Origin: a virus
Taxonomy: Duplodnaviria; Caudoviricetes
Length of the DNA stretch: 64,000 bases
Direction: 5' to 3' (one strand)
Virus record (IMG/VR): IMGVR_UViG_2740891848_000001
Coordinates: 17,840-81,839 of that record
Shown here: positions 10,146-19,267 of the stretch, piece after piece
Layout: each line of letters starts with the position of its first letter
Numbering within the stretch: the stretch's first letter is position 1
Translations under genes and position numbers: made by a program
The notes under the pieces: model-generated
Database searches by the model: none
Told to the model about the DNA's origin: nothing
What the model saw: only the letters and a program-made list of their open reading frames with translations

Positions 10146-10426
10146 TGCCTCTCCTCTGCGGCGTCATAAACTTCGCCCCCTTGTCGTTTGCCGACCGCAA
10201 TGACCACAACGGTGATGATCTCGTCCTTCACCTGATAGACGAGCCGGTAGCCTCGGGTGCTGAGCTTGATCTTGTAGCAGTCTTTCATCCCGTGCAGCCT
10301 TGATGCTGGAACCTTCGGGTGTTCCAACCTCTCGGCGAGCTTCTTCGAGAACTGCTTCCGCGTGTCCGGATCGAGTTTGCGCCACTCTTTCTCGGCGTCG
10401 CGCAGGAACATCAGCTTATATGTCAT
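10142..10426 (-). CDS. relE: RelE/StbE-family toxin
   Basis: MTYKLMF..AEKEWRKLD...QFSKKL.ERL.HP....L.GM.DCYKIKL...GYRLVYQV.D..I.V.VIAVGKR. Confidence 0.9.
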   Translation of the reverse strand: MTYKLMFLRDAEKEWRKLDPDTRKQFSKKLAERLEHPKVPASRLHGMKDCYKIKLSTRGYRLVYQVKDEIITVVVIAVGKRQGGEVYDAAEERQ

Positions 10427-10661
10427 CCAGCTTGACCTCCACGGTCGGCTGACCCTCGCGCTGCCGCACGACCTCGGCCAGCTCGTAGTCTTCGAGTCGA
10501 TCGAGCAATGCCTCATACATCTCGGCCGGCAGCAGGTAGGCCACCGGCTTGTTGCGGTTGAGGATGGCGACCGCGCCACCCTCTGCGTTCTCTAGCACGG
10601 CTGTCGGGTTGAGCTTCAGCTCCGAAATGCCGACCGAGACGCGAGCAAGAATGGCTTCCAT
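10416..10661 (-). CDS. Phd/YefM-family antitoxin (StbD-like)
   Basis: SVGISELKLNP.AVL....VAILNRNKPVAYLL, immediately upstream of and overlapping the toxin. Confidence 0.88.
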   Translation of the reverse strand: MEAILARVSVGISELKLNPTAVLENAEGGAVAILNRNKPVAYLLPAEMYEALLDRLEDYELAEVVRQREGQPTVEVKLDDI

Positions 10662-10720
10662 GATGTGCCCCTTAAAAGATCATCTAAAAGACCTAATACT
10701 AGATCTCTTAAATGGCCACG

Positions 10721-11410
10721 TCAACTTTGATAAACCAGCTTGTCGTCGCCCAGATACAGGTCGCGCGACCCGGCGTTCTTGCTGGCCTCGGTCAGCGCGT
10801 CGCGGATCTCCTTCGGCAGCTCGCGGCGATCCCAGTATCCGCAGCCGTGGCCGGCGCGCGTGAGCCAGAAGTCGTGACCGGCGCGCTCGGCCGTGTAGCC
10901 GTTGATCTGCATCGCGGCGTGCAGCTGCGGTTCGGCGAAGTCGCAGAAGTCCTTGCAGTCCTCACGGAACTGGGCTTTCGTCTGCTCGGCCAGCTCGTAC
11001 TGGTCCAGCTCGACGCTCTTCTCCCCGCCCGTCTCCTTATCGTGGATGGTGTCCGTGCTCGACCAGAGCGCGGCTTCCTCGTAGCCCTGGACGAAGTCCT
11101 CGAACCACAGCTCGCGAGGGGTCTCGACGATGTCCACATTCGGGTACTCACCGCGGACGATTTCCAAGACCTCCCAGCGATCCTTGGCACGCAGGAAGAA
11201 CTCCACGTCGCCCTCGGATTCAACAGCCCGCCACAGCGGCTCTCCTGCGCCCCAATACGCGCCTCCCGCGTCGTAGTCGCCGTCGACGAACGGTAGATGC
11301 TGGACGACCAGCTTGATCGGTGCGTCCTGGTCGTCGGCATGCGTGTCGCGGCGACCCATCGGTGCTCCGCGTGCGCTGCCCACTTCGGCCAGTTTCATGC
11401 TAGTCGTCAT
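10721..11410 (-). CDS. Hypothetical phage protein, two-module (GGAYWG and GHDFWLTR.GHG.G.WDR motifs)
   Basis: Start MTTSMK; 229-aa ORF with phage-like codon usage. Confidence 0.65.
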   Translation of the reverse strand: MTTSMKLAEVGSARGAPMGRRDTHADDQDAPIKLVVQHLPFVDGDYDAGGAYWGAGEPLWRAVESEGDVEFFLRAKDRWEVLEIVRGEYPNVDIVETPRELWFEDFVQGYEEAALWSSTDTIHDKETGGEKSVELDQYELAEQTKAQFREDCKDFCDFAEPQLHAAMQINGYTAERAGHDFWLTRAGHGCGYWDRRELPKEIRDALTEASKNAGSRDLYLGDDKLVYQS

Positions 11411-11729
11411 GTCGTGCCTCCCGGATCGAGTTCGACTCGGCGAGATCTCCCCAGCAGCCAACCGTCATCGACAGGCCATGGAAGAGGATCGTGGTCGCGT
11501 AGGTATCGCCGGCATTGCAGTAGTACACGTCACAGCCTGTGCGGCGGTTCACGCCCAGGAACTCGACGCCGTGTGTTTCAATCAGGCGGTCGATCTGGCT
11601 ACGGGCTTCGCTGCGCCGTTGAACGGTCTTCCAAACCTCGCGCACTTTGGCAGCGATCTCGGGCGTCACGTCCTTGATTTCTTGCAGCCGCTTCGACGAA
11701 GCAGCGCGACGTTCAGAGAGCTGTACCAT
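11400..11729 (-). CDS. Hypothetical phage protein (Y.N.GDTY..T motif)
   Basis: 109-aa ORF coupled to both neighbours. Confidence 0.6.
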   Translation of the reverse strand: MVQLSERRAASSKRLQEIKDVTPEIAAKVREVWKTVQRRSEARSQIDRLIETHGVEFLGVNRRTGCDVYYCNAGDTYATTILFHGLSMTVGCWGDLAESNSIREARHDD

Positions 11730-12019
11730 TACTCTTCGTCCTCATCCTCGACGGGCACCAGGCGTTTGCCGGCGAAGTGGTCGTCGAGTGTCGCCTTGAC
11801 CTCCTTCGCCGCATCGCGCCATGCGAGCGCATTGATGAAACCGTTGTTGCCGATCTGCTCTACGGCCTGTTCGTCGGTTAGCGCGGCGACGACATCGGCG
11901 TGCTTTGCCAACGCATCCATGATGAAGAGCTGGACAATCGGTCCGCTCTTCGAGAATTCCATCAACTCGGCGATCGTCTCAGCGTTCGTCGCGTTACGCA
12001 TTTGTTGTTTCTTGGCCAT
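11729..12019 (-). CDS. Hypothetical phage protein
   Basis: 96-aa ORF with a CACCACCAC leader motif. Confidence 0.6.
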   Translation of the reverse strand: MAKKQQMRNATNAETIAELMEFSKSGPIVQLFIMDALAKHADVVAALTDEQAVEQIGNNGFINALAWRDAAKEVKATLDDHFAGKRLVPVEDEDEE

Positions 12020-12064
12020 GATTTACTCTGTGGTGGTGAGTGAATAACGTGCAGCTCTGCACTT

Positions 12065-12292
12065 TTAAAACAGTTGAATCTCCGCGCCGTGCAGCTTGTG
12101 GATCAGGCACTGCTGGGTGGCCCACTCCTCGGTTTCTTCGAGAGTTTCGATGCAGCGAGTGCGCGTCTCACGGCAGTAGTCGCGAACGACACCATCGTCA
12201 TTGCGGATCTTGAAGATCACCTGCCAGTTGGCGTTCTTCTTCCACTCGGACTTCAGGTCTTCTTCGTCGAAGCGGCGTGTGATTTCAGGCAT
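12065..12292 (-). CDS. Hypothetical phage protein
   Basis: Start MPEITRR with a GAGGAG RBS. Confidence 0.55.
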   Translation of the reverse strand: MPEITRRFDEEDLKSEWKKNANWQVIFKIRNDDGVVRDYCRETRTRCIETLEETEEWATQQCLIHKLHGAEIQLF

Positions 12293-12536
12293 GTGTTCGC
12301 TCCTCAATTGAAACGGTGAGACATTCGTCGTATTTGCCGCCGAGGTACGTGACAGCTCGTCCGCGTATGTACTTCGTACGGACACGCCACCAGCGGCTGT
12401 TCCACAGCACGACGAGGTAACCATCGTCTTGATCGTGTTCTGGCGGCACGCGGCGCACTCGAACAGACTGCGTGCAGAAGCTGTCGAAGGAAGTGCCGTC
12501 GAGCGTGCGGCACTTCGTGTGAACGTAGGCCTTCAC
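12285..12536 (-). CDS. Hypothetical phage protein
   Basis: 83-aa ORF overlapping both neighbours. Confidence 0.45.
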   Translation of the reverse strand: MKAYVHTKCRTLDGTSFDSFCTQSVRVRRVPPEHDQDDGYLVVLWNSRWWRVRTKYIRGRAVTYLGGKYDECLTVSIEERTHA

Positions 12537-13045
12537 TTTTCGTGCTCCCCGTTGAGCACCGCCCGCGAACGGTTCAGCAGCTCACGAGCCTCACTGTTCT
12601 TGGGTTCATCGCCGTCATAGATGTGCGTCGGGATGACATCCTCCCACTCGTCACACATTTCCTTCAGCGCCTTTTCGAGTTTCCAGATGCGGTAGCGCAG
12701 CTGCTCGTTCTTAGCGTCTTCGCATTCGAGCGTGTCCCGCACTTGCTCAGCGTCTTTGATCTCAAGGAACTCGTCCGAATAGACGCCCCCTCCGCGTAGG
12801 CGGCTAACGCGGTAGCGCGTCATCGCACCCTCCCGTTTCAGTGTCTCGATCACGAACGGGTGAGCATTTGCCAACGGGCGTACGAGCGAGGACTGAAACT
12901 TGCGCTCGCGGTCGTGCAACTCGATGATGTACTTCGCATCTTCTATGTTCAGGCCGGATGCGAGTGTCACATCGGTGTCGACAGCAACGATGCGGCTGTT
13001 GTCCCCACGCTCGATGTAGGTCCATTGTTGTTCTTGGCGGCTCAT
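12533..13045 (-). CDS. Hypothetical phage protein
   Basis: 170-aa ORF with a GGAGGAG RBS. Confidence 0.6.
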   Translation of the reverse strand: MSRQEQQWTYIERGDNSRIVAVDTDVTLASGLNIEDAKYIIELHDRERKFQSSLVRPLANAHPFVIETLKREGAMTRYRVSRLRGGGVYSDEFLEIKDAEQVRDTLECEDAKNEQLRYRIWKLEKALKEMCDEWEDVIPTHIYDGDEPKNSEARELLNRSRAVLNGEHEK

Positions 13046-13046
13046 G

Positions 13047-13367
13047 TCACTCCTCCTTCAAGATAAAGCCGCAGTAGGCGGTGTCGCCGACGACAATGGC
13101 AGGGTGTGCATAGCCGTCTTCTTTGCTGGTGGTTGCTTCGAGCGTCTGATCGGACCAACGCTTCCAGTCCGTCAACTGCTGGGATATCTCGTACGACTCC
13201 TGGTCGACGAACTCAACGGTGACCGTGTGTTTCAGCTCGAAGTGGTGGATGCCGTTGATCTCGAACGACTTGCCTGCTGCGGCCTCGCTGATCTTCTCTT
13301 CTTCATCAGGCGACAGCAGCCCGGTCGGATACGGGAACGGGTAGCCGTTGGTCAGGATCAGGCGCAT
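13047..13367 (-). CDS. Hypothetical phage protein
   Basis: Start MRLILTNG. Confidence 0.55.
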   Translation of the reverse strand: MRLILTNGYPFPYPTGLLSPDEEEKISEAAAGKSFEINGIHHFELKHTVTVEFVDQESYEISQQLTDWKRWSDQTLEATTSKEDGYAHPAIVVGDTAYCGFILKEE

Positions 13368-13795
13368 GCTTCCACCTTCGTTGCGATGTAGAACGGCGTT
13401 GTCAGATCGTTCGGCGCAACGAAGGCAGTCGGGATCGCACCCGACAGATACAGCTGCCCCTTCTTCGGGCAACGCATCGGCAGCTCGTCCCATTGCGCTA
13501 TGCCACCGCCTTCTGCGTGTACAGGCCTCGTGCTGATCGCTGGCCCGTTCTCGGTTTTGCGCGCGTGGCAGGCGTCAAGCGACTTCTGATACGCGGCCTG
13601 ATCGAAATACTGCACACCCGTCAAGTGCGCCAGCTGGTGGACGATCATCTGCACCGCGGGATCGCAGTTGATCTCGTCGGTCCCCTTGCCTTCATGCCGG
13701 CACTGCGCAATTGCGTTAACCAGCGCGGTGGAGATTGCAATCGGGTTGCACGCGCCTTGCTGAATCGCGGCGGCTTCGCGGAATCGGTTGTACAT
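13358..13795 (-). CDS. Hypothetical phage protein
   Basis: Start MYNRFRE. Confidence 0.55.
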   Translation of the reverse strand: MYNRFREAAAIQQGACNPIAISTALVNAIAQCRHEGKGTDEINCDPAVQMIVHQLAHLTGVQYFDQAAYQKSLDACHARKTENGPAISTRPVHAEGGGIAQWDELPMRCPKKGQLYLSGAIPTAFVAPNDLTTPFYIATKVEACA

Positions 13796-13797
13796 GG

Positions 13798-14595
13798 TTA
13801 GTTCTTCGCTTTGTAGCGGTTCATTGCATTGATGAACCACGGTTTGAAAGGCTCGTTTACCGCGTCGAGGTTTTCGTGGGCGCGCGCAAAGTCCGGGTTT
13901 GCCGACATGTAGTGGAATCGGAGACCTTGAGGCCAACTCGCCTGGTAGACGAGGTAGTAGGAGATGTTCCCGACCAGCTCGTTGGCGACGATCTCGAAGC
14001 GCTTGCGCTTATACGTTTTGCGAATCGCTTCGTGGTGCGTCCACTCGTGCATCTCGCAGTGGCTGTTCTTCTCTTCATCCCGCAGCCAAACCCAAGCCTC
14101 GACGAAGCAGCCGTCTTCGCCGCGCGAGACACGAGCGTTGTCATTGATCTCGATGTCGTCGTCGGAACCCTTGGCGTACAGGTCGCGAGCGCGGTGGATC
14201 TCGTCGATCGTCGCTGGTTCTGGTTCAGGCTGCTGAATGCCGCCGTGTTCGTTCGCGTCGAACGATTCGACGCGGCCGAGGTCGGTGATGATCGCCAGCA
14301 TGTTCTCCTTGCGGAGCAGTAGGCCGTCGATCCGATAGCCCTGCTCTTCGATCATCAGCAGCGCTTTCTTGAGTGCCATCGTTGACGGCTCCAGCTGCGG
14401 CTGGGCGATGTAGGCGAGCGTGTTGCACTCCGGGCAGCGACCGGCTGGAGATGGGTGACCAGGGGTCAGGTTGCAGTCGTCGATTTCCTTCAGCTCGCTG
14501 AACGGCCCGACCCATGTGCAGTCGTCGCAATAGCAGGAGACGTTCGGATCAGGCTTGTCGATCTCGACCCGATAATCATATGGTGGGTGGCTCAT
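13798..14595 (-). CDS. Hypothetical protein with an N-terminal Cys cluster (CYCDDC...CPEC, putative Zn ribbon)
   Basis: 265-aa ORF with CxxC pairs. Confidence 0.6.
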   Translation of the reverse strand: MSHPPYDYRVEIDKPDPNVSCYCDDCTWVGPFSELKEIDDCNLTPGHPSPAGRCPECNTLAYIAQPQLEPSTMALKKALLMIEEQGYRIDGLLLRKENMLAIITDLGRVESFDANEHGGIQQPEPEPATIDEIHRARDLYAKGSDDDIEINDNARVSRGEDGCFVEAWVWLRDEEKNSHCEMHEWTHHEAIRKTYKRKRFEIVANELVGNISYYLVYQASWPQGLRFHYMSANPDFARAHENLDAVNEPFKPWFINAMNRYKAKN

Positions 14596-14864
14596 CCGTT
14601 GATCCTCAAGTTGTCGCGGGCGAAGTCTTCCGCTTCGCTAACGTCACTGTTCCAGTGGGCGATCATGTCGTAGATGCAGACCTTGTAGCCCTTCTTAAGC
14701 TCAAGTTCTGCGCAACGGTCGCGCTCACCCTCGGAGCTATAGACGTAGACGCCCTTGCCGCCGTTGTTAGCGTTCATCCACTCCAAGGCGTAGAACGTGC
14801 GTCGCTCGTCGCTCGTGATGTCGATGGTGTTGAGGCGCGGGATGTTTGGGTGGTTAAGGCCCAT
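14592..14864 (-). CDS. Hypothetical phage protein
   Basis: Start MGLNHP with a GAGGAG RBS and a TAATG overlap. Confidence 0.55.
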   Translation of the reverse strand: MGLNHPNIPRLNTIDITSDERRTFYALEWMNANNGGKGVYVYSSEGERDRCAELELKKGYKVCIYDMIAHWNSDVSEAEDFARDNLRING

Positions 14865-15100
14865 TACGCAGGCTCCTCGACAAGTGCAGGTCTGCACGAT
14901 TCGACGTACTCGCTGGTGTGGAAGATGGTCTCAACGCGCTGCATGCCGGCGACGAAGTGTTCCTTCTGCACGTAACCCGTGCCGCCTTCGTTGGCCAGCT
15001 GCTTGGCGTGGGCGATCGCGTTCTTCGACGAGTTGAATGGGCGCGTTCGATATGCGCCCGACTTCGTCGTGATTCGGGTGCGATAGATCGGCTTGCTCAC
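14864..15100 (-). CDS. Hypothetical phage protein
   Basis: Probable GTG start (MSKPIYRTRITTKSG). Confidence 0.45.
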   Translation of the reverse strand: MSKPIYRTRITTKSGAYRTRPFNSSKNAIAHAKQLANEGGTGYVQKEHFVAGMQRVETIFHTSEYVESCRPALVEEPA

Positions 15101-15145
15101 AATTTTTGTCCTATAACTTGGAGATCGAACCTTCAAGGAACGATC

Positions 15146-15328
15146 ATGTGGATCTGTATTCGCTGCCATAGGGAAATCGAGTTCCCGGCCAATCAACCTG
15201 AGATTGATAGCTTCGGCGTCTATGTCTTGTGCCCGCATTGCGGCCGACGGAACACGCTCACCAACGTTGGCAAGCGCGGTCGAATTGCTTTGGCCCAAGC
15301 GCCGGAAAGAAAAGCGAAGCGTCAGTGA
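15146..15328 (+). CDS. Small zinc-ribbon protein (CxxC...CxxC), opposite strand to its neighbours
   Basis: MWICIRCHREIEF...VLCPHCGRRN with an AAGGAA RBS. Confidence 0.6.
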   Translation: MWICIRCHREIEFPANQPEIDSFGVYVLCPHCGRRNTLTNVGKRGRIALAQAPERKAKRQ

Positions 15329-15966
15329 GTGAGGGTGTCGCGCTGTGCCCAATAAGCCGCCTCTGCGCGTTCCTTCTTCAGCGTGTCAAGCGCTTCGTTG
15401 ACCAGCTGCTCGACGATCTCTTCCAGATACCCGTCATCACTGTCTTCGACGCCGCCGAGGCAATCGGTGTAACCGTCCTCGTGAGCACGCTTGCTACCCT
15501 CTTCGTCCGACAATCGCGTGATCTCGACGATCTGCCAGTGCCAGCGGTTTTCACACCAGCCGCGCATGTGCTCGAAGTCGCGACGCACGGATTCAGCAGT
15601 GACCTCGCCTTTCGTGAGCGGCTTCCACGGGCCAGGCAGCTCCTGCAAGATGTGTCGGTTGCCGGGGCCAGGTTGTGCGACCTTCGTACGCCGCAGACGC
15701 TGGAGCAGTTCCGCCTTGTACTCGTCGCTCAAGCCCCAACCTTCTTTCTTCGCCTTCTTCATCGTTTCGGCAAAGTCGTAGAAGCGTTTGCTACCGCGAT
15801 CAGAGCTGAGCGTCCACTCGCCGGGATGCTTGTCACGTCGCGTCCAATCACTGACGATGCCGTGGCAGTCATGCTCTTCCCACGGTGCGCCCCTGTCGGT
15901 GTCTTGCGTGAAGTTCACACGAAAGCGAAAGCCTTCACGCTCGATGATGTCGCCGTCGAAGATCAT
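15322..15966 (-). CDS. Hypothetical phage protein
   Basis: 214-aa ORF, ATGA-type coupling. Confidence 0.65.
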   Translation of the reverse strand: MIFDGDIIEREGFRFRVNFTQDTDRGAPWEEHDCHGIVSDWTRRDKHPGEWTLSSDRGSKRFYDFAETMKKAKKEGWGLSDEYKAELLQRLRRTKVAQPGPGNRHILQELPGPWKPLTKGEVTAESVRRDFEHMRGWCENRWHWQIVEITRLSDEEGSKRAHEDGYTDCLGGVEDSDDGYLEEIVEQLVNEALDTLKKERAEAAYWAQRDTLTH

Positions 15967-16334
15967 TGCTCGATCTCCTCTTCTTCATCTTCATCATCCG
16001 GAAACTGCACGCCGAGTTTCTTGGCCAGCTCGGTTGCTTTCTCGCGGATCTCGATCGTGCCGAGCGGCGCCGAGAGATTGTTGAACTCGCCATTGCGGCT
16101 GTAGCAGTCGATCAGCTCGGCGAGGAAGTCGGCGACGCCGCCAATCAAGTCCTCGTCGCTCACAGCCTCGATGTCCGCGATCTTGGCCGTCAGCTGCGCA
16201 CGATCCTCGTCGGTGTAGTGCTGACGCTCGTCGCTTTCCATACGAGACAGGTCATCGCGCAACGTGGCCAGCAGTTCGCTTTCCACGTAAGCCTTAACCG
16301 CTGCGGGGTTGGCAAAGAATTCCAGTGCCATCAT
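15963..16334 (-). CDS. Hypothetical acidic protein
   Basis: 123-aa coupled ORF. Confidence 0.55.
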   Translation of the reverse strand: MMALEFFANPAAVKAYVESELLATLRDDLSRMESDERQHYTDEDRAQLTAKIADIEAVSDEDLIGGVADFLAELIDCYSRNGEFNNLSAPLGTIEIREKATELAKKLGVQFPDDEDEEEEIEQ

Positions 16335-16543
16335 TACCTCCGATAGATTTCACGGCGCGCAGCTTTCCGAGCAGCATTGCCGCTCATGCCTTGCGCCTTG
16401 TACTTGTCGATCGTTTGTCGGCGCTCACGGCGTTCCTCGACATCCGGGATTGCTGTGTCGCGAGTGAGTTCGTCAATCAGCCGCAATGCCGAGGCAAGCT
16501 GCTGTTCGAGTCGCGTGATGCGAAGCTCGTGGTCATCAGGCAT
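16334..16543 (-). CDS. Hypothetical phage protein
   Basis: 69-aa coupled ORF. Confidence 0.5.
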   Translation of the reverse strand: MPDDHELRITRLEQQLASALRLIDELTRDTAIPDVEERRERRQTIDKYKAQGMSGNAARKAARREIYRR

Positions 16544-16823
16544 TGGACGTGTCCTCTGCGTATGCCGACTCGATGCGCTCGTTTGTGTGCGAGCAGATCA
16601 TGTCGCCGTCCTCCCAGTTGATGTCCATCGCGATCACGTACCAGCCGCTGTGCTTGTCGCGGTTGATGATTGCGTCTCGAATCAAGGCGGCGTTTTCCTG
16701 TGCTGCTTTGAACGACAGCGGTTCACAGTCGTTGCAGAGGAAGTAATATGGGTAGCCACCGGGCCATGCGTACGGCCCGATGTCCAGCGCCTTGTTAAAG
16801 TCAAAGACGTGGCGGATGTTCAT
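16536..16823 (-). CDS. Hypothetical phage protein (YAWPGGYP motif)
   Basis: Start MNIRHVF with a GGAG RBS. Confidence 0.6.
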   Translation of the reverse strand: MNIRHVFDFNKALDIGPYAWPGGYPYYFLCNDCEPLSFKAAQENAALIRDAIINRDKHSGWYVIAMDINWEDGDMICSHTNERIESAYAEDTSNA

Positions 16824-16938
16824 GTTGACCTTCTCCAGTAGGTCCAACGGTAGCCACGCTGCACGCGGTGGTGCAGCACGTTCGAGAACCCGCCGCAAGC
16901 GTAGAACTCGCGGCGAGTGATCCGTGTGTAGCCAGCCA

Positions 16939-17235
16939 TTAGAGGAACGGGTAGATGATCGAACCTTCAAACTGCACGTCGATCGAGATCTTTGCGTTGT
17001 AGTCACGGCGAACGGCCCAAATGGTGGCGCCGGTTTCCTTCTCGAAGTCGCGCAGCATGGACTCGAACTTCAAGGCAAGCAGTTGCGCTGCCGTCTTGAT
17101 CTCGCGACCGTGGTACGGGGGTGGCGGCGGTACGTCTTTTACGAGGGAGAGCGTGGGAGCCGCTGCGCTCTGTTCGAGCGTTTCAGCGAGAACTTCAACT
17201 GCGGGTTGGCCAGCTTCGACGGTGGTGGTCGTCAT
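16939..17235 (-). CDS. Hypothetical phage protein
   Basis: 98-aa ORF with a GAGGA RBS. Confidence 0.55.
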   Translation of the reverse strand: MTTTTVEAGQPAVEVLAETLEQSAAAPTLSLVKDVPPPPPYHGREIKTAAQLLALKFESMLRDFEKETGATIWAVRRDYNAKISIDVQFEGSIIYPFL

Positions 17236-17283
17236 GATTTGATCCTCAAAATGTGCAATGTCTGCACGTTGTGGTGGTGGGTG

Positions 17284-17568
17284 TTACTCGAGTCCGTACT
17301 TCAGCTTGTTCATGGCCCAACCGGCATAGCCAATGTCGGTGTTGCCAATCGCGACCTGTTCGCGCCATTGCTCCTTCGGGTACAGCTTCTCGACCAGGGT
17401 GCGCGCTGTCCTGATCGTGTTGTCAACTTCCTGAACGGCAGCTTCAGCGGCCGACACTAACTGACGCTTCTCGTGCGCGTCGGTGAAGATGTCGTTCGCG
17501 AGAGCGTCACTCAGTTCATCCGATGCGACGAGCAGGTCATGCAACATCATCTTCAGTTCTTTGCTCAT
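17284..17568 (-). CDS. Hypothetical phage protein
   Basis: 94-aa coupled ORF. Confidence 0.55.
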   Translation of the reverse strand: MSKELKMMLHDLLVASDELSDALANDIFTDAHEKRQLVSAAEAAVQEVDNTIRTARTLVEKLYPKEQWREQVAIGNTDIGYAGWAMNKLKYGLE

Positions 17569-17912
17569 TGCTTGGTCTCCTTGCGCAGCTTTGATGCTTT
17601 ACGTGCGCGCTTGGCTTTAGCTGCCTGAATGCGCAGATGATCCTGTTCAGTGAATTCCTTCACGGGCGCCGGTTTGGCCACGGCTTCGCGGCGGGTCGGG
17701 TAGATCGGGAAAGTTAGGTCGTGGCGTGTGAGCGATTGCAGGCGTGTGAGCTGTGCCATGCGGCTGTAATCGCCGCCTCCGATCACTACGACGCGCTCAG
17801 TGTCAGCAGGCCGCTCAAACTTGACATCAATGCCGTTCAGCTTCAGATCCTCAGCGATGCCTTCGAACGTCAGCTCGTCGTCAGTGAAAATGGCGATTCG
17901 TGTCTCGCTCAT
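17565..17912 (-). CDS. Hypothetical phage protein
   Basis: 115-aa coupled ORF. Confidence 0.55.
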   Translation of the reverse strand: MSETRIAIFTDDELTFEGIAEDLKLNGIDVKFERPADTERVVVIGGGDYSRMAQLTRLQSLTRHDLTFPIYPTRREAVAKPAPVKEFTEQDHLRIQAAKAKRARKASKLRKETKQ

Positions 17913-18175
17913 GCAGGCACCGCCTCAGTGATTGCGTATGTGTAGCGCGCCGAGCCGAGCTTGCCGTCCATTGTGATGACGATGCCGCACTGCGCGGAGA
18001 GACGGTTGATGAAGTCTTCGAAGCTGTGGAAGTTCCGCGTATCGACGTTCTCGACCATCATCTCTTCGAGCACGACATGAATCGCGGGGCCAGCGTAGGA
18101 AACTCTCTTCTTCATGTCAGCGAGCATGTCGCCGAAGAAGTGGAAGTATCCGATCGGGTTCGTGGTGGTGGACAC
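17909..18175 (-). CDS. Hypothetical phage protein
   Basis: 88-aa ORF, GTG start with an AAGGA RBS. Confidence 0.5.
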   Translation of the reverse strand: MSTTTNPIGYFHFFGDMLADMKKRVSYAGPAIHVVLEEMMVENVDTRNFHSFEDFINRLSAQCGIVITMDGKLGSARYTYAITEAVPA

Positions 18176-18210
18176 GAGTTTTGATCCTTGTAGAACGTGC
18201 AGTTCTGCAC

Positions 18211-18528
18211 TTAGTGATGTGTGATTCGCAATACGGGCGTGACCGGGTCGTTCGCAGCTGGAGCTTCAAACTTCTTCCAGCGCTCAACCTTCGGCATCGG
18301 ACAGCGGCGCTGCACGACACGCACAATCCGCTCAGCTACTTCACGCTCAGCAGGGGTGAGCTTGTCGAAACCCTTGCCGGTGCGTACATCGCACATGGCA
18401 AGTGGATAGCTCGTCGGTAACGCGTAAAACGCTTGGTACAAGACGATGATTTCCACATCCATCATCTCGGCTTCAGTCATTCCAATCACGCTCACTACGA
18501 CCTTCGGGTTGGGGTTCGCCATGCTCAC
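18211..18528 (-). CDS. Hypothetical phage protein
   Basis: 105-aa ORF. Confidence 0.5.
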   Translation of the reverse strand: MSMANPNPKVVVSVIGMTEAEMMDVEIIVLYQAFYALPTSYPLAMCDVRTGKGFDKLTPAEREVAERIVRVVQRRCPMPKVERWKKFEAPAANDPVTPVLRITHH

Positions 18529-18547
18529 CTCTCAGTTGTGTTCTTGG

Positions 18548-18751
18548 CTACGAGCTGCGACGGACGACTATCTTGTCGTCATACTTGTCGTGCTCGATTA
18601 GCGTTGTTCGCACGTATTGAGCCGTGCAGTTGCGGTTGTAGAAGACGGTGTCGATCTTTTCGACACCGAGAAACACGTCCCAACTGATATGTGCAGTCTC
18701 TGCACTTATCGGTTGGCGACGTACCAGTTCGAGACTTGCGCGGAGCATCAT
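18548..18751 (-). CDS. Hypothetical phage protein
   Basis: 67-aa coupled ORF. Confidence 0.5.
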   Translation of the reverse strand: MMLRASLELVRRQPISAETAHISWDVFLGVEKIDTVFYNRNCTAQYVRTTLIEHDKYDDKIVVRRSS

Positions 18752-18978
18752 TCGACGTTCACTCCATTGACTTCGACGAGATCAAAATCGCCGTCATAGC
18801 TTGCTTCGGCCAGTAGCGGCTTGTCATCAAGCATGCCGAAGTTCGCATCCGCACACTCCAGAACGTCGCGCAGTTTCGCGGCGCCCTCTTCGGGAGTAGC
18901 CGCGGTCACTCGCATCGACGCCATCAGTTTCACGTCGAAAAGGTATTCGTTCAGTTGGGCCATCGTTGCCTCACGCAA
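18748..18978 (-). CDS. Hypothetical phage protein
   Basis: 76-aa coupled ORF. Confidence 0.55.
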   Translation of the reverse strand: MREATMAQLNEYLFDVKLMASMRVTAATPEEGAAKLRDVLECADANFGMLDDKPLLAEASYDGDFDLVEVNGVNVE

Positions 18979-19267
18979 AAAGCGGTTCGAGCGGCATGTG
19001 CATCGACATGTCGCTGAACTGCTTCAGATGACTCATGAGAACTCGCGGGTTCTGGCGGTTGGCCAGCATCGTGCGCAGCACGTTGTCGATGATGGCGAGC
19101 GCTGCCTGGTCAGTCACCGCGCCGTGCTCAGCTGCATAGAGCTTGAGCATCAATGCGCGCAGACGCGCCGGGATCGCGGTGTTGACTTCGTGCGCCGCGC
19201 ATTCAGCCATCGTCTTGAATTCGAGGCCGTCGCAGGAGCGGTAGCGTTTTAGTTCACGCATGATCAT
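18971..19267 (-). CDS. Hypothetical protein, paralog of 19254-19622
   Basis: Shared KRY...DG...HE...AIP..L..L pattern. Confidence 0.55.
   Translation of the reverse strand: MIMRELKRYRSCDGLEFKTMAECAAHEVNTAIPARLRALMLKLYAAEHGAVTDQAALAIIDNVLRTMLANRQNPRVLMSHLKQFSDMSMHMPLEPLFA

Noticed and set aside
15093-15117. Sigma70 promoter for the zinc-ribbon ORF (TTGCTC...TATAAC)
   Set aside because: The spacer is only 13 bp.
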